Positions 39,114 through 48,925 of a stretch of 64,000 nt of DNA are shown here, piece after piece (position 1 is the stretch's first letter; every line of letters starts with the position of its first letter). The stretch is from Candidatus Omnitrophota bacterium (GTDB lineage Bacteria > Omnitrophota > Gorgyraeia > Duberdicusellales > 4484-171): positions 701,855 through 765,854 of the forward strand of contig JBAZGN010000001.1 of assembly GCA_041652815.1 (NCBI GenBank), read 5' to 3'. The position numbers and the translations under genes are program-made. The notes under the pieces are model-generated. The model did not search any database. It saw only the letters and a list, made by a program, of their open reading frames with translations, and was not told the origin of the DNA.

Positions 39114-39686
39114 ATGAGAAAGACTTTTGCGCTTACAGAGCTTATTATAGCAATAATGATGATAGCTTCAATTATTGCTATGTCGTTTTCGGTCTATCTG
39201 TTTTTTAGTAAACAGATAATGATTAACCGTGAACGTTATAATATGTTAAGCCAAATAAATTATGCTTTTGAGGATATGGCTATACGCACAAAGAGTGCTG
39301 TACGGATAGATTCTCTTTCCGCCTTCTCGCTGGCAACTAATGCAATTTCTGATACCAAAACTCAATTAAAATTTTTTGGAGAGAAAGATATCTATAAAAT
39401 AACACCGGATGAGCCCGCAGATAACGCTTGGTATGAATATCGTATTGAGGGCGGAAATTTGATACTAGAAACCCTAGATGCAGCCGGAAAATCTAAAACG
39501 CCGGAAAGAGAAATCTTGACTTTAGTTGATGCAAAATATCAGCCCATTGTGACATTTACGTGGTATGAAGGGTATGAACCAAATTTTGTTACGGTAAATA
39601 TCGCAACAAAAGGGACAATAAAGCCACAAGTGGAGGTTTCAAGGACACAAGGCCTGCGCTTCTGGTTTATTGATGTTAAAAAATGA
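39114..39686 (+). CDS. Pseudopilin-like protein
   Basis: MRKTFALTELIIAIMMIASIIAMSF. Confidence 0.5.
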   Translation: MRKTFALTELIIAIMMIASIIAMSFSVYLFFSKQIMINRERYNMLSQINYAFEDMAIRTKSAVRIDSLSAFSLATNAISDTKTQLKFFGEKDIYKITPDEPADNAWYEYRIEGGNLILETLDAAGKSKTPEREILTLVDAKYQPIVTFTWYEGYEPNFVTVNIATKGTIKPQVEVSRTQGLRFWFIDVKK

Positions 39687-40021
39687 TTACTATAGCAGCT
39701 TCTATTATTTTGGGATTGACTCTTTTAATGTCTGCGTTTTTAGGTTTTAGCCCGCAGGTTCATAAACTTGTCGAGAGCGATCTTATGCGTCGTTCATATA
39801 ACAATGCATTTCTTTATGGTTTGCAGTTGGGCCAAATGGGTATACGTGCCAAAAATCTTACGCTTGATGAAAAAACCGCAAAAAACATAGATTTGCTTTT
39901 TAGATATACTAATAAAAATTCCCAAATTATAGTGCAGGATAAATTTGAAGGAAAAACAACACTTACAAAACAAGATGGAAATCTGAATATAAAAGTCAAG
40001 ATAGAGCATAAAATCCCTTAG
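39683..40021 (+). CDS. Small membrane-anchored hypothetical protein (operonic with pseudopilins, ATGA overlap)
   Basis: N-terminal hydrophobic segment MITIAASIILGLTLLMSAFLGF. Confidence 0.35.
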   Translation: MITIAASIILGLTLLMSAFLGFSPQVHKLVESDLMRRSYNNAFLYGLQLGQMGIRAKNLTLDEKTAKNIDLLFRYTNKNSQIIVQDKFEGKTTLTKQDGNLNIKVKIEHKIP

Positions 40022-40032
40022 CGAGCCTCCTT

Positions 40033-40878
40033 ATGGATAAGCCTTCCTGGTTGAATAAAAAAATAAATTTAGCTGTTTGCCGTGGAATGAAAAATTTTCT
40101 TCGCACATCACAACTGCGCACGGTTTGTGAAGAATCATTTTGTCCTAATATTTCTGAATGTTTCAATGAAGGAGTTGCTACTTTCATGATTTTAGGGGAT
40201 AGCTGCACGCGCAGCTGTAAATTTTGTGCTGTTAACAAAGAAACTGCTTGCGCAATTGATTGGAATGAACCAAAGCGTATAGCGCAAGTAGTTAAAAGAT
40301 TAAATCTGCATTATATAGTAATTACTTCTCCGGCGCGTGATGATATTAGCGATGGAGGAGCGGAGCTTTTTTATAGAGCAATAGAAGAAATAAAGAATAT
40401 GGATAGTTCTAGAAAAGTAGAAATTTTAATCCCTGATTTCTTGGGCAATAACGAATCGTTGATTAAAGTTGCAAATTCCCGGGCAGATGTCATAAGCCAC
40501 AACTTAGAAACCGTTCCTTCCTTGTATGCCAATATACGGCCACAAGCTGATTATGCGCGTTCTTTAGCGGTATTAAAAACAATTAAGCAGTTGAATAGAA
40601 ATATTTTTACCAAATCCGGAATTATGCTTGGCCTGGGCGAAGAAGAAAAACAAATTATAAATGTTTTTCTCGACTTACGAAAGGCCGACTGCGATTTTCT
40701 TACTTTGGGCCAATACTTAGCGCCTTCATTAAGGCATTATCCGGTTAAAAAGTACATTGCCCCCAGTAAATTCCTTTCTTTAGAAAAAATAGCATATAGC
40801 CTCGGATTTAAAAAAGTAAAGAGTTCACCCTATGTGCGTTCTTCTTATCTGGCTAGCCAATTTTTGAAACCCGCCTAA
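40033..40878 (+). CDS. lipA: Lipoyl synthase
   Basis: CEESFCPNISECF...ATFMILGDSCTRSCKFCAV radical-SAM plus auxiliary cluster motifs. Confidence 0.9.
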   Translation: MDKPSWLNKKINLAVCRGMKNFLRTSQLRTVCEESFCPNISECFNEGVATFMILGDSCTRSCKFCAVNKETACAIDWNEPKRIAQVVKRLNLHYIVITSPARDDISDGGAELFYRAIEEIKNMDSSRKVEILIPDFLGNNESLIKVANSRADVISHNLETVPSLYANIRPQADYARSLAVLKTIKQLNRNIFTKSGIMLGLGEEEKQIINVFLDLRKADCDFLTLGQYLAPSLRHYPVKKYIAPSKFLSLEKIAYSLGFKKVKSSPYVRSSYLASQFLKPA

Positions 40879-41382
40879 ACGTAAAACTTAACAATAACAG
40901 TGACATCTGCGGGTAACAACAGCAAAACCTGCTTTGTCTTATTATTACAGAGATTACTATAAAATAGCGTGTATTGTTAACCTTTAGCCTATTTGTATCA
41001 TAGGTTTATGACGGACAAAGCTGCTTTACCTAACAGGCTTAAGGCCTGCTGGGCCCAGTTGAATGCCGGGTAGCCGTTATCACCCGCCACCTTAATTATT
41101 TTATAAGGCTAGCCTGTTTCAGGCAGAAAATATTGGATAAACAGCTGTCAGCAGACTTTTTTTTTGGGGATTACAGCTTATATTATATATAGGTATAATA
41201 TATAATAAGGATTATGCAGATATTGCACTTACGCAGTATATTTTCAGCTTAAATTACATCAATAAGAGTAATGATTTTTACTAACACAATATATAGTAGT
41301 ACCTGCTATTATATACAATATATAGAAGATTATGATAAATTATAGTAAATTATTCTTGACATAACTATAAATAAATATTTAA

Positions 41383-41592
41383 ATGGTATTACCATTAATT
41401 TATAAAAAAATGAGAAAAAAAAGGATACCCAGATTAATGACGATTAACGAACTTTCGGAATATCTTGGTTTGCAGAAACAGACCATTTATAACTGGCTGC
41501 ACCAAAAGAAGATTTCCGGATTAAAAGTCGGCAAGGTATGGCGTTTTGATAGAAAGTATATAGATGAGTGGCTTAAAAATACAATTAAATAG
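41383..41592 (+). CDS. Excisionase/AlpA-family helix-turn-helix DNA-binding protein
   Basis: MTINELSEYLGLQKQTIYNWLHQKKISGLKVGKVWRFDRKYIDEWL matches the excisionase-family HTH pattern. Confidence 0.55.
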   Translation: MVLPLIYKKMRKKRIPRLMTINELSEYLGLQKQTIYNWLHQKKISGLKVGKVWRFDRKYIDEWLKNTIK

Positions 41593-41600
41593 AAAATAAT

Positions 41601-43076
41601 ATGAGCAAAAAAAAGATAGGCCTTTATCTGGGATTAAATTCAATAGGTGCGGTAAGCCTTGAAGGTAAGAAGGTGCTTTCTAGCGTGCGTTATGATTTAT
41701 CTTCCGTAGAAGAGGAAGCAAAGGTAGAAAATCTCAATGAAGAAATAAGGTGGCAGGCGCTTATTAATAAAATTTTACGAGAAATAGGTTCCGAGGAAAA
41801 AGATATTTATGTTTCTTTGACTGATAAAGAGTTTATATTCCGTTCGCTGGAAATGCCGTTAATGAGCAAAAAGAGCATAGATTCCTCTTTAGTTTTTGAA
41901 ATTGAAAAATATATTCCGTTTAAGATTGAAGAATTGATGTGGGATTACAGCTATGTCCGTTATCCAAACGAAAAAAAGCTGAATATTTCTTTCGTAGGTA
42001 TAAGAGAAAATAACATTTATAAAATCCAGGAGATGTTTTCGCATCTTAATCTAAACGCCGTTATAATTGAGCCATCTTCTTTGTCTCTTGTAAAAATATT
42101 GAAATCTTCCAAGCAATTTTCGCAGATAAAAAATTTCGCGCTTTTGGATGTCACTGATAGCGAAGGCTATCTTACTTTTTTTTATGAAGATTTACCGGTC
42201 TTCAGCCAGTATATAACAATAGTAAAAAAAGGAAATGTGCTTGATACAGATAAATTTATAGAATCTGTACGTTTGAGTTTTCAGTATTTTAAGCGTGAAT
42301 TTAGAACTTATGAATTGGAAAAATTTATTATGATAAGTAGCCGCAAAGAAGATACTATTAATGCTTCTTTGAGCGAAGAGCTGCAAATAAATGTGGAATC
42401 AGTCTCGCCTTATGAATTAGCTAATATATCCCAAGCGGAGCTTGAAACTATTAAAGCTTTGGGTGCGGTAACTTTAGATTCACCGTATAAATTCCGGCCA
42501 GTTTTAAAGAAAACAGAAGAATATGCTGAACAAAAACTAGTTGAAGGAGAAGTTCCTTTAAAAATATGGTTAATTGCAGGTTTAATCGGAGCAGGGCTTC
42601 TTGCCTCGTTTGTTATTGCAGTTGTATTTGGCAACGAAGCAAGTATTTTAAAATATAAACTTGAAAAAGCAGAGGCAGCATTGGAAAGGCCGCAGGAATT
42701 GAAAGGCCTTTCTTGGGCTGAAGCAGAAGTTGCACTAGCAAAAAAGCAGGAACAAACCGTTAAATTGAATAATTTAGTAAAAGAAGTTTCTCCCATTGCC
42801 CCTGCCCTTGAGAAATTCTCTTCATTAAGGCCAAAAGGCTTGTGGTTTGAAAATATTGATGTCGATTACCGCGGTAAAAAATACACAACCTCTCTCACCG
42901 GTTTTATCTTTCTTGGGGATGCCTACAACGAACGTACAGAGGTAGATAATTTTGTTTCAAATCTTAGAAAAGACACTGACATAAAGGAAATTTTTTCCAA
43001 CATCGAAATGGTTTCTCTGGAAAGAAGGGTAATTGGCGAGTATACCGTAACATACTTTACGATAAGGCTTAACTAG
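41601..43076 (+). CDS. Type IV pilus assembly PilM-like actin-fold ATPase domain fused to a PilN-like TM/periplasmic domain
   Basis: N-terminal KIGLYLGLNSIGAVSL actin-like fold start; TM helix IWLIAGLIGAGLLASFVIAVVFG at ~aa 320, then coiled-coil periplasmic region. Confidence 0.5.
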   Translation: MSKKKIGLYLGLNSIGAVSLEGKKVLSSVRYDLSSVEEEAKVENLNEEIRWQALINKILREIGSEEKDIYVSLTDKEFIFRSLEMPLMSKKSIDSSLVFEIEKYIPFKIEELMWDYSYVRYPNEKKLNISFVGIRENNIYKIQEMFSHLNLNAVIIEPSSLSLVKILKSSKQFSQIKNFALLDVTDSEGYLTFFYEDLPVFSQYITIVKKGNVLDTDKFIESVRLSFQYFKREFRTYELEKFIMISSRKEDTINASLSEELQINVESVSPYELANISQAELETIKALGAVTLDSPYKFRPVLKKTEEYAEQKLVEGEVPLKIWLIAGLIGAGLLASFVIAVVFGNEASILKYKLEKAEAALERPQELKGLSWAEAEVALAKKQEQTVKLNNLVKEVSPIAPALEKFSSLRPKGLWFENIDVDYRGKKYTTSLTGFIFLGDAYNERTEVDNFVSNLRKDTDIKEIFSNIEMVSLERRVIGEYTVTYFTIRLN

Positions 43077-43130
43077 CAAACTTATGAAAAAGAATGTGTT
43101 TGTCCCAGTTGAAAGAGGAGGGGTAGTAGC

Positions 43131-43619
43131 GTGAAAGACATTTTACGTTATAAAAATATATTGCTTTCTATTATAATTATTGCAGTTTCAATTTTTGTCA
43201 TAAAAGGCCTATGGACAAAGCATTCTTTAATTATTAAAGACCTGGAAAAAAAGATGAGCGATGTGGAAAAGGGCAAGCTTCTGATAGAAAAATGGAATAA
43301 AGTGAGCAATGAATACGATGGGCTAAAGAAAAATTTTTTTATGAAAGACCAGGAATTTTTTAAGAATTTTTTAGAAGAAAAAACGAAGAATTACGGAATC
43401 AATGTTACTTATCTTAGCCCCACGCGCAAGCAGGAAAATTTTTATTCAGAAATGTCCTTTAGCTTAAGGGCAACGTCCGAATCTTATGCAACAATAGTGA
43501 ATTTTCTAAATGCACTTGAAGAAAAGAAGGTTATCATTGAAATATTAAAGGTGAGGGGTGCGGAAAATAAGAAAAGATTGGCAGACATTACTGTAAAAAG
43601 TTTTATCATAGAACAATGA
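43131..43619 (+). CDS. PilO-like bitopic pilus assembly protein (tentative)
   Basis: single N-terminal TM LLSIIIIAVSIFVI then coiled coil; position between pilM/N and the secretin. Confidence 0.4.
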   Translation: MKDILRYKNILLSIIIIAVSIFVIKGLWTKHSLIIKDLEKKMSDVEKGKLLIEKWNKVSNEYDGLKKNFFMKDQEFFKNFLEEKTKNYGINVTYLSPTRKQENFYSEMSFSLRATSESYATIVNFLNALEEKKVIIEILKVRGAENKKRLADITVKSFIIEQ

Positions 43620-43975
43620 TGATTAAAAAAAGTATTATTATATTTTTGGCGGCTGTTTCGTTTTTGTCTTATAATTGCCTTGGGGTGGAGAATAAGGAAG
43701 ATCCATTTGATTCACTACTTCCGGAAAAAGATGGAGATACTGTTTCTCCTACCGGAACAACAAAAACTTCAACGCCTCCGCCGGTTATAGTTGAAGGGGC
43801 TATGTGGGATACCGATACTCCCCAGGCAATAATAGACGGAGAGGTATATAAAGTGGGCGATACGCTTAAAAATTTAGATGGTAAAGTTTACAAGATAGAA
43901 AAAAATAATGTATTTATTTTTTATGAGGGAAAATTATATGAAATGAAAGTAACAGGGAAAAAGGAGGCAAAATGA
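43616..43975 (+). CDS. PilP-like secreted periplasmic protein (tentative)
   Basis: signal peptide, Pro/Thr-rich linker TKTSTPPPV, C-terminal beta domain; ATGA overlap with secretin gene. Confidence 0.35.
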   Translation: MMIKKSIIIFLAAVSFLSYNCLGVENKEDPFDSLLPEKDGDTVSPTGTTKTSTPPPVIVEGAMWDTDTPQAIIDGEVYKVGDTLKNLDGKVYKIEKNNVFIFYEGKLYEMKVTGKKEAK

Positions 43976-45480
43976 GAAAAATTATTCTAACAGTTTTATC
44001 TTTACTTTTAATACCTTTAAATATTAGTTTTTCACAAGATAATATTTACGGAGATTATCTTGTCTCCGGCACGCAAAAACTTATTTCTCTGGATTTAGAA
44101 GGCGCAAAACTTATAGATACGCTAAAAATGCTCAGCCAGCAGACTGGGCTTAATTTTGTATCTACGGAAGCGGTAAAGGAAAGAACCTTAACTTTATATT
44201 TGGAGAAAGTGCCGCTTAAAGAAGCTATGGATATAATATTTAAGGCAAATAATTTGACTTACGAATATTATCCTGATGCGAATATGTTTGTCGTAAAAGA
44301 AATGGGGAAACCCACTATTGAATTAATGACCAAAGTGTATCATTTAAAATATGTTAGGATAAGATCTTCCAGGCAGCAAAAAGAGATAAATGTTATAATG
44401 GAACCACAGTCTCCAACTGGAACTTCTGGCAGCAGTAGCAGCACGTCAGACAACAGTAGCGGTAGTGATAGCAGCAGTGAAGAGACAGACAAGAAAGATT
44501 CAGGGATAAAAAACACTATAAAGAATATATTGACCGAATTTGGAAAGGTTAGCGAAGACCCTATAACCAATTCTCTTATAGTAGTTGATGTCCCGGCGCA
44601 GTTTCCGATAATTGACGAAGTAATACGCAATCTTGATATGCCTGTGCCTAAAGTAATGATTGAAGTGGAGATGCTTGACGTAACAAAAGGTTTAGTTGAC
44701 CAAATAGGGTTTAAATATGGTCAAACTCTGGGGTCGAATGATTTTCAAGCCGTATATAATGGACCGCTAAGGTCAACGGCCTTTCCATTAGAAAAATTTG
44801 TTAAGACTCCAGCACAAACTTTTACCTACGGCACTTTGGATATACAGACTTTCAATATGTATATACAGGCACTTTCAACTGATACTACAACAAAAATTTT
44901 AGCCCGGCCAAAAATCCTTACGCTTTCTAATGAAACAGCCGAGATAAATTTAACCACCAATGAAGCTATAGGTATAAATACTACAACAACAGAAACCGGC
45001 GTGCAGACATCAACCACAGAAAGAACAGAAACCGGAACTAAATTAAGGGTAACCCCGCAGGTGAATAAGGATACAGGAGAAATTACATTGTTTGTGGAGG
45101 TTTTTAACCGAACCGCAACGAATAGCGATTTGACTTTAACTACAGGCGCAACCGGAAAAATAAAAAATCCCGAAGAAAGAGGCGCCAGAACTGTTTTACG
45201 CTTAGCTAATGGAGAAACATTACTTTTAGGTGGATTAATAAAAAATAACAGCACCAAAACAATCAGTAAAGTCCCTTTTCTGGGTGATATTCCCTTTATC
45301 GGCAATATGTTCACTTATAAAGACGATAACCGCAGCGAAAGAGAATTGCTTGTTTTCATGACACCAAAAATCGTTGAAGATACGCCTATGCTTTCAGCTT
45401 CCGGAAGAACTCTTTCGCGTGAAATAGGTTTTTCACGGCGCGAAGTTATGACCATAGCAATGGATAAATACTCCCGGTAA
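43972..45480 (+). CDS. pilQ: Secretin PilQ/GspD family
   Basis: C-terminal secretin domain ARPKILTLSNETAEI ... LLLGGLIKNNSTKTISKVPFLGDIPFIGNMF...ELLVFMTPKIV. Confidence 0.85.
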   Translation: MRKIILTVLSLLLIPLNISFSQDNIYGDYLVSGTQKLISLDLEGAKLIDTLKMLSQQTGLNFVSTEAVKERTLTLYLEKVPLKEAMDIIFKANNLTYEYYPDANMFVVKEMGKPTIELMTKVYHLKYVRIRSSRQQKEINVIMEPQSPTGTSGSSSSTSDNSSGSDSSSEETDKKDSGIKNTIKNILTEFGKVSEDPITNSLIVVDVPAQFPIIDEVIRNLDMPVPKVMIEVEMLDVTKGLVDQIGFKYGQTLGSNDFQAVYNGPLRSTAFPLEKFVKTPAQTFTYGTLDIQTFNMYIQALSTDTTTKILARPKILTLSNETAEINLTTNEAIGINTTTTETGVQTSTTERTETGTKLRVTPQVNKDTGEITLFVEVFNRTATNSDLTLTTGATGKIKNPEERGARTVLRLANGETLLLGGLIKNNSTKTISKVPFLGDIPFIGNMFTYKDDNRSERELLVFMTPKIVEDTPMLSASGRTLSREIGFSRREVMTIAMDKYSR

Positions 45481-45639
45481 ATTATCATTTTTTGGAGCGA
45501 ATTTATATTTTAATTGCACTGTTTATCTAATCCCAATGTTGTGAAATAATTGGTTGGGATGTTACCTCTGTGAGTTCTATCCAGCTTATTCCTTTTTAGG
45601 AATTATACCTAAGTAGTAAAGATAATCCAAGCGTAGGGC

Positions 45640-47346
45640 ATGACAAGATATAAAAGATTAGGCGACATATTAATCTTCGAAGGTGTTATCACAAAAGAAC
45701 AGTTAAGCGAAGCCATTTCGCTTCAACAAAAAGAAGGCGGAAAATTAGGCGAAGTGCTGCTTAGGCTTGGTTATGTAAGCGAAGAACAAATTGTTATTGC
45801 CTTAAGCAAACAGTTATCTATCCCGTATATTTCTTTAGCTTCAGGAAAATTAAAACCTGCCCCTGACCAGAATTTGGAAGAATTAATACCGTATGATTTT
45901 GCCAACAGAAACCTGATACTCCCGCTTTCGCGAAGTTTAAATTCGCTTACCGTTGTTATGTTCGACCCGCTTGACCTTATTCTTATCGACAATCTTAAAA
46001 AATTTACAAGTTGTGAGATAAATATAGTAATTTCAACACGCTCCGATATCCTGAAAGCAATAGAAAATTTTTACGGAAAAGAGCGGATTTTCCGTGAGGC
46101 TATGGATATACAAGGCGAGGAGCAGGGTGGTATCAAGGAATTATTTGCCGAAGAAACCGATTTAAGCCTTGATAAAATTATTGCCCAGGCAGAGGAAGCG
46201 CCGGTTGTAAAATTAGTTGATTTAATAATAAGGCAGGCAATTGAAGACGGGGCTTCCGACATTCACGTAGAGCCTAGGTATGATAAACTAAGCTTAAGAT
46301 ACAGAATTGACGGTGTCTTATATGAAATGCCTTCCCCGTCAGCTTCCCTATATTTGCCGATAATATCAAGAGTAAAAATACTTTCCAAAATGGATATAGC
46401 AGAAAAACGCCTTCCGCAAGACGGCGGTTTTATGGTTAAGTCAGGAGAAAAACTGATTGATCTAAGAGTTTCATCACTTCCTACAATTTACGGTGAAAAG
46501 ATAGTCTTAAGAATTTTGGACAAAAGCAGAGTCCCGCTTGATTTGGCTAAGCTTGGATTCTTGCCCCAGGAATTAGAGAAGATAAGAAAGGGCATTTCTT
46601 CTTCTTATGGGCTGATTCTTCTTACCGGCCCAACCGGCAGCGGAAAATCTACAACTCTTTATGCGGCATTGAGTGAATTAAATTCGCCAACCTTAAACAT
46701 CCTTACAGTTGAGGATCCTGTAGAATACCGGCTTGAGGGGACAAACCAGGTTCAGGTAAAACCGGAAATAGGGCTTACCTTTGCCAACGCATTAAGGTGC
46801 TTTTTACGGCAAGACCCCGATATAATCCTGGTTGGGGAAGTTAGAGACCTAGAAACAGGAGAGATATGTATTCGTTCTGCTCTTACCGGCCACCTTGTCC
46901 TTTCAACGCTTCACACAAACGATGCGCCTTCGACAATAACAAGGCTTATAGATATAGGTATTCCCAATTATCTCGTTGCAGGGTCTTTACGTTTAATTGT
47001 CGCCCAGCGGTTGATTAGAAAGCTATGCGCTCATTGCAAAGAATCATATGAGATTAGCCAAGAGAAATTACCGTTAGGCATAACCATAAATTCTCCCGTA
47101 ATCTATAAGGCAAAGGGCTGCGAAAAATGTAATTTTATAGGATATAAAGGCCGTAGCCTTGTCAGTGAAGTTATACTTATTGATGAAGAAATCAGAGAAG
47201 CTATTTATAAGGGGCTTGAAGCTTCAAAAATTATGGAAATAGCAAGGAAAAAAGGCACATTAAGCCTGCTTGAAAGCGGAATAAAAAAGATAGAAGAGGG
47301 CATTACTTCTCTGGAAGAAATTCTTTCTGTTGCGACCGTTTATTAA
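45640..47346 (+). CDS. pilB: Type IV pilus assembly ATPase PilB/GspE
   Basis: N-terminal GSPII_E_N domain; Walker A LLTGPTGSGKSTTL; Asp/His boxes; tetracysteine CAHC...CEKC. Confidence 0.9.
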   Translation: MTRYKRLGDILIFEGVITKEQLSEAISLQQKEGGKLGEVLLRLGYVSEEQIVIALSKQLSIPYISLASGKLKPAPDQNLEELIPYDFANRNLILPLSRSLNSLTVVMFDPLDLILIDNLKKFTSCEINIVISTRSDILKAIENFYGKERIFREAMDIQGEEQGGIKELFAEETDLSLDKIIAQAEEAPVVKLVDLIIRQAIEDGASDIHVEPRYDKLSLRYRIDGVLYEMPSPSASLYLPIISRVKILSKMDIAEKRLPQDGGFMVKSGEKLIDLRVSSLPTIYGEKIVLRILDKSRVPLDLAKLGFLPQELEKIRKGISSSYGLILLTGPTGSGKSTTLYAALSELNSPTLNILTVEDPVEYRLEGTNQVQVKPEIGLTFANALRCFLRQDPDIILVGEVRDLETGEICIRSALTGHLVLSTLHTNDAPSTITRLIDIGIPNYLVAGSLRLIVAQRLIRKLCAHCKESYEISQEKLPLGITINSPVIYKAKGCEKCNFIGYKGRSLVSEVILIDEEIREAIYKGLEASKIMEIARKKGTLSLLESGIKKIEEGITSLEEILSVATVY

Positions 47347-47380
47347 TTTTAGCACAAATTATCACGAATTTGAAACGACC

Positions 47381-47415
47381 CATTCGACTTCGCTCAGGGT
47401 CGTCCTGAGCGAATG
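47381..47415 (+). terminator. Hairpin after pilB (tcgctcagg-gtcgtc-cctgagcga with outer extension)
   Basis: seen directly. Confidence 0.4.
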
Positions 47416-47545
47416 AAATGAGTCGAAGGACGAATAAACACGAATGGTTATGTAGCGTGGATTTTTTTGTTCGTGAAAATTAGTGCGTGCTTGATGTTTA
47501 TTAAAATGCTTGATTTTATCTACTAAAATATTATAATAAATCAAC

Positions 47546-48778
47546 ATGCCAAAATATAGTTATTTAGCAAAAACTAAAGACGCAAAGACCATAAAAGACA
47601 TAGAAGATGCTGCTTCAAGAGAAGAGTTAATTGCAAAGCTTAAGGCAAGAGGGCTTTTTATCGTTTCCATAAATGAAACAGCCGGTAAAAGCGAAAAACC
47701 ATTCTTATCTTTCTTTGCCAACCAAAAAGGAAGGCGTTCCTCTATAAAGCTTTACGATTTAGCTTTTTTGGCCAGGAATCTTGCCACGACTCTTTCCAGC
47801 GGTGTGACTCTGCTTCGAAGCCTGGAAATTATTTCTTCCCAAACCGAGAGCGCTAAATTAGGTAAAATTCTAAAAGAATGCAGCCAGTATATAAAAGAAG
47901 GATTGTCTTTCAAGGAAGCGATTGCCAAGTATCCGGGAGCTTTCTCGCCTCTCTGGAGGGCAATTGTTGAGGTCGGCGAAGCCTCAGGAAATCTGCCTAC
48001 GGTCTTAGACAAATTGGCGGATTATCTTGATATAAGGATGGAATTTGAAAGAAAAATAATAAGCGCATTGATATATCCGCTTATTCTTCTCGGAGCGATG
48101 ACGATTGCTATTGGTGTCTTTTTTAAGTTTATACTTCCTAAATTTGTTGAGATTTTTAGGGATTTTGGAGTCACATTACCGCTTCCTACTCAGATTATTT
48201 TCGCTATCGCAGATTTTGTTGATAAGAATTCCATAATGGTTATAATCATCTTTATTGGACTGATTTTTGCGATAGTGACTTTTATGCGCCGGCCAGAAAC
48301 AAAAGAATTACGCGACAGGATAAGCCTGAAACTTCCTATTGCCGGAGAATTGTTTTTTTTATTCGCTTTGGACAGGTTTACTTCTACACTATACATACTT
48401 TTAGACAGCGGGCTTCCTCTTGTATATGCTCTTGAAATCTCGGCGAGAGGCATAGGTAATAGCGTCATTGAAAAAAACATAATTTTTGTAAAGAATAAAG
48501 TAAAAGACGGCGCATCGCTATCGCGTGAATTCAGCAAACTTAATATGTTTCCTGCGCTTATTGCTGAAATGGCAAAGATAGGAGAGGAAACCGGAAGTAT
48601 GCCGGAAATTTTTAAGAAAATATCGATACATTACAGCAAGGAATTAAGCACCAGGGTTGAGCGTATGATTGTTGCCTTTGAGCCGATGCTAATTTTAGTC
48701 CTGGGAGTCCTCATCGGCGCTGTTGTCATATCTTTATTCCTACCGTTATTTAAGATTGCAACCGGCGGGGGAATGTAG
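47546..48778 (+). CDS. pilC: Type IV pilus inner-membrane platform protein PilC/GspF
   Basis: 410 aa, two GspF repeats, LATLLSSGVTLLRSLEII, three TM segments. Confidence 0.85.
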   Translation: MPKYSYLAKTKDAKTIKDIEDAASREELIAKLKARGLFIVSINETAGKSEKPFLSFFANQKGRRSSIKLYDLAFLARNLATTLSSGVTLLRSLEIISSQTESAKLGKILKECSQYIKEGLSFKEAIAKYPGAFSPLWRAIVEVGEASGNLPTVLDKLADYLDIRMEFERKIISALIYPLILLGAMTIAIGVFFKFILPKFVEIFRDFGVTLPLPTQIIFAIADFVDKNSIMVIIIFIGLIFAIVTFMRRPETKELRDRISLKLPIAGELFFLFALDRFTSTLYILLDSGLPLVYALEISARGIGNSVIEKNIIFVKNKVKDGASLSREFSKLNMFPALIAEMAKIGEETGSMPEIFKKISIHYSKELSTRVERMIVAFEPMLILVLGVLIGAVVISLFLPLFKIATGGGM

Positions 48779-48847
48779 TTATCGTCGGTAAAAAAGAAAG
48801 CGTTGATTTTTGTAATGAGTATTGGTCAAATTGACGCATAAAAGGTA

Positions 48848-48876
48848 TTTGACATTTTTTGGGGATAATGGTATAA
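48848..48876 (+). promoter_or_regulatory. Promoter for the pilin gene (TTGACA-17-TGgTATAAA)
   Basis: ttgaca 48848-48853, tggtataaa 48868-48876. Confidence 0.5.
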
Positions 48877-48925
48877 ATTATATACAGTTGTTTCTTGGCG
48901 TAAAAGCATAAAAAAGGAGGTGCTC

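Noticed and set aside
44826-45314. 162-aa minus-strand ORF
   Set aside because: Antisense within the pilQ secretin C-terminal domain. Low-complexity translation.
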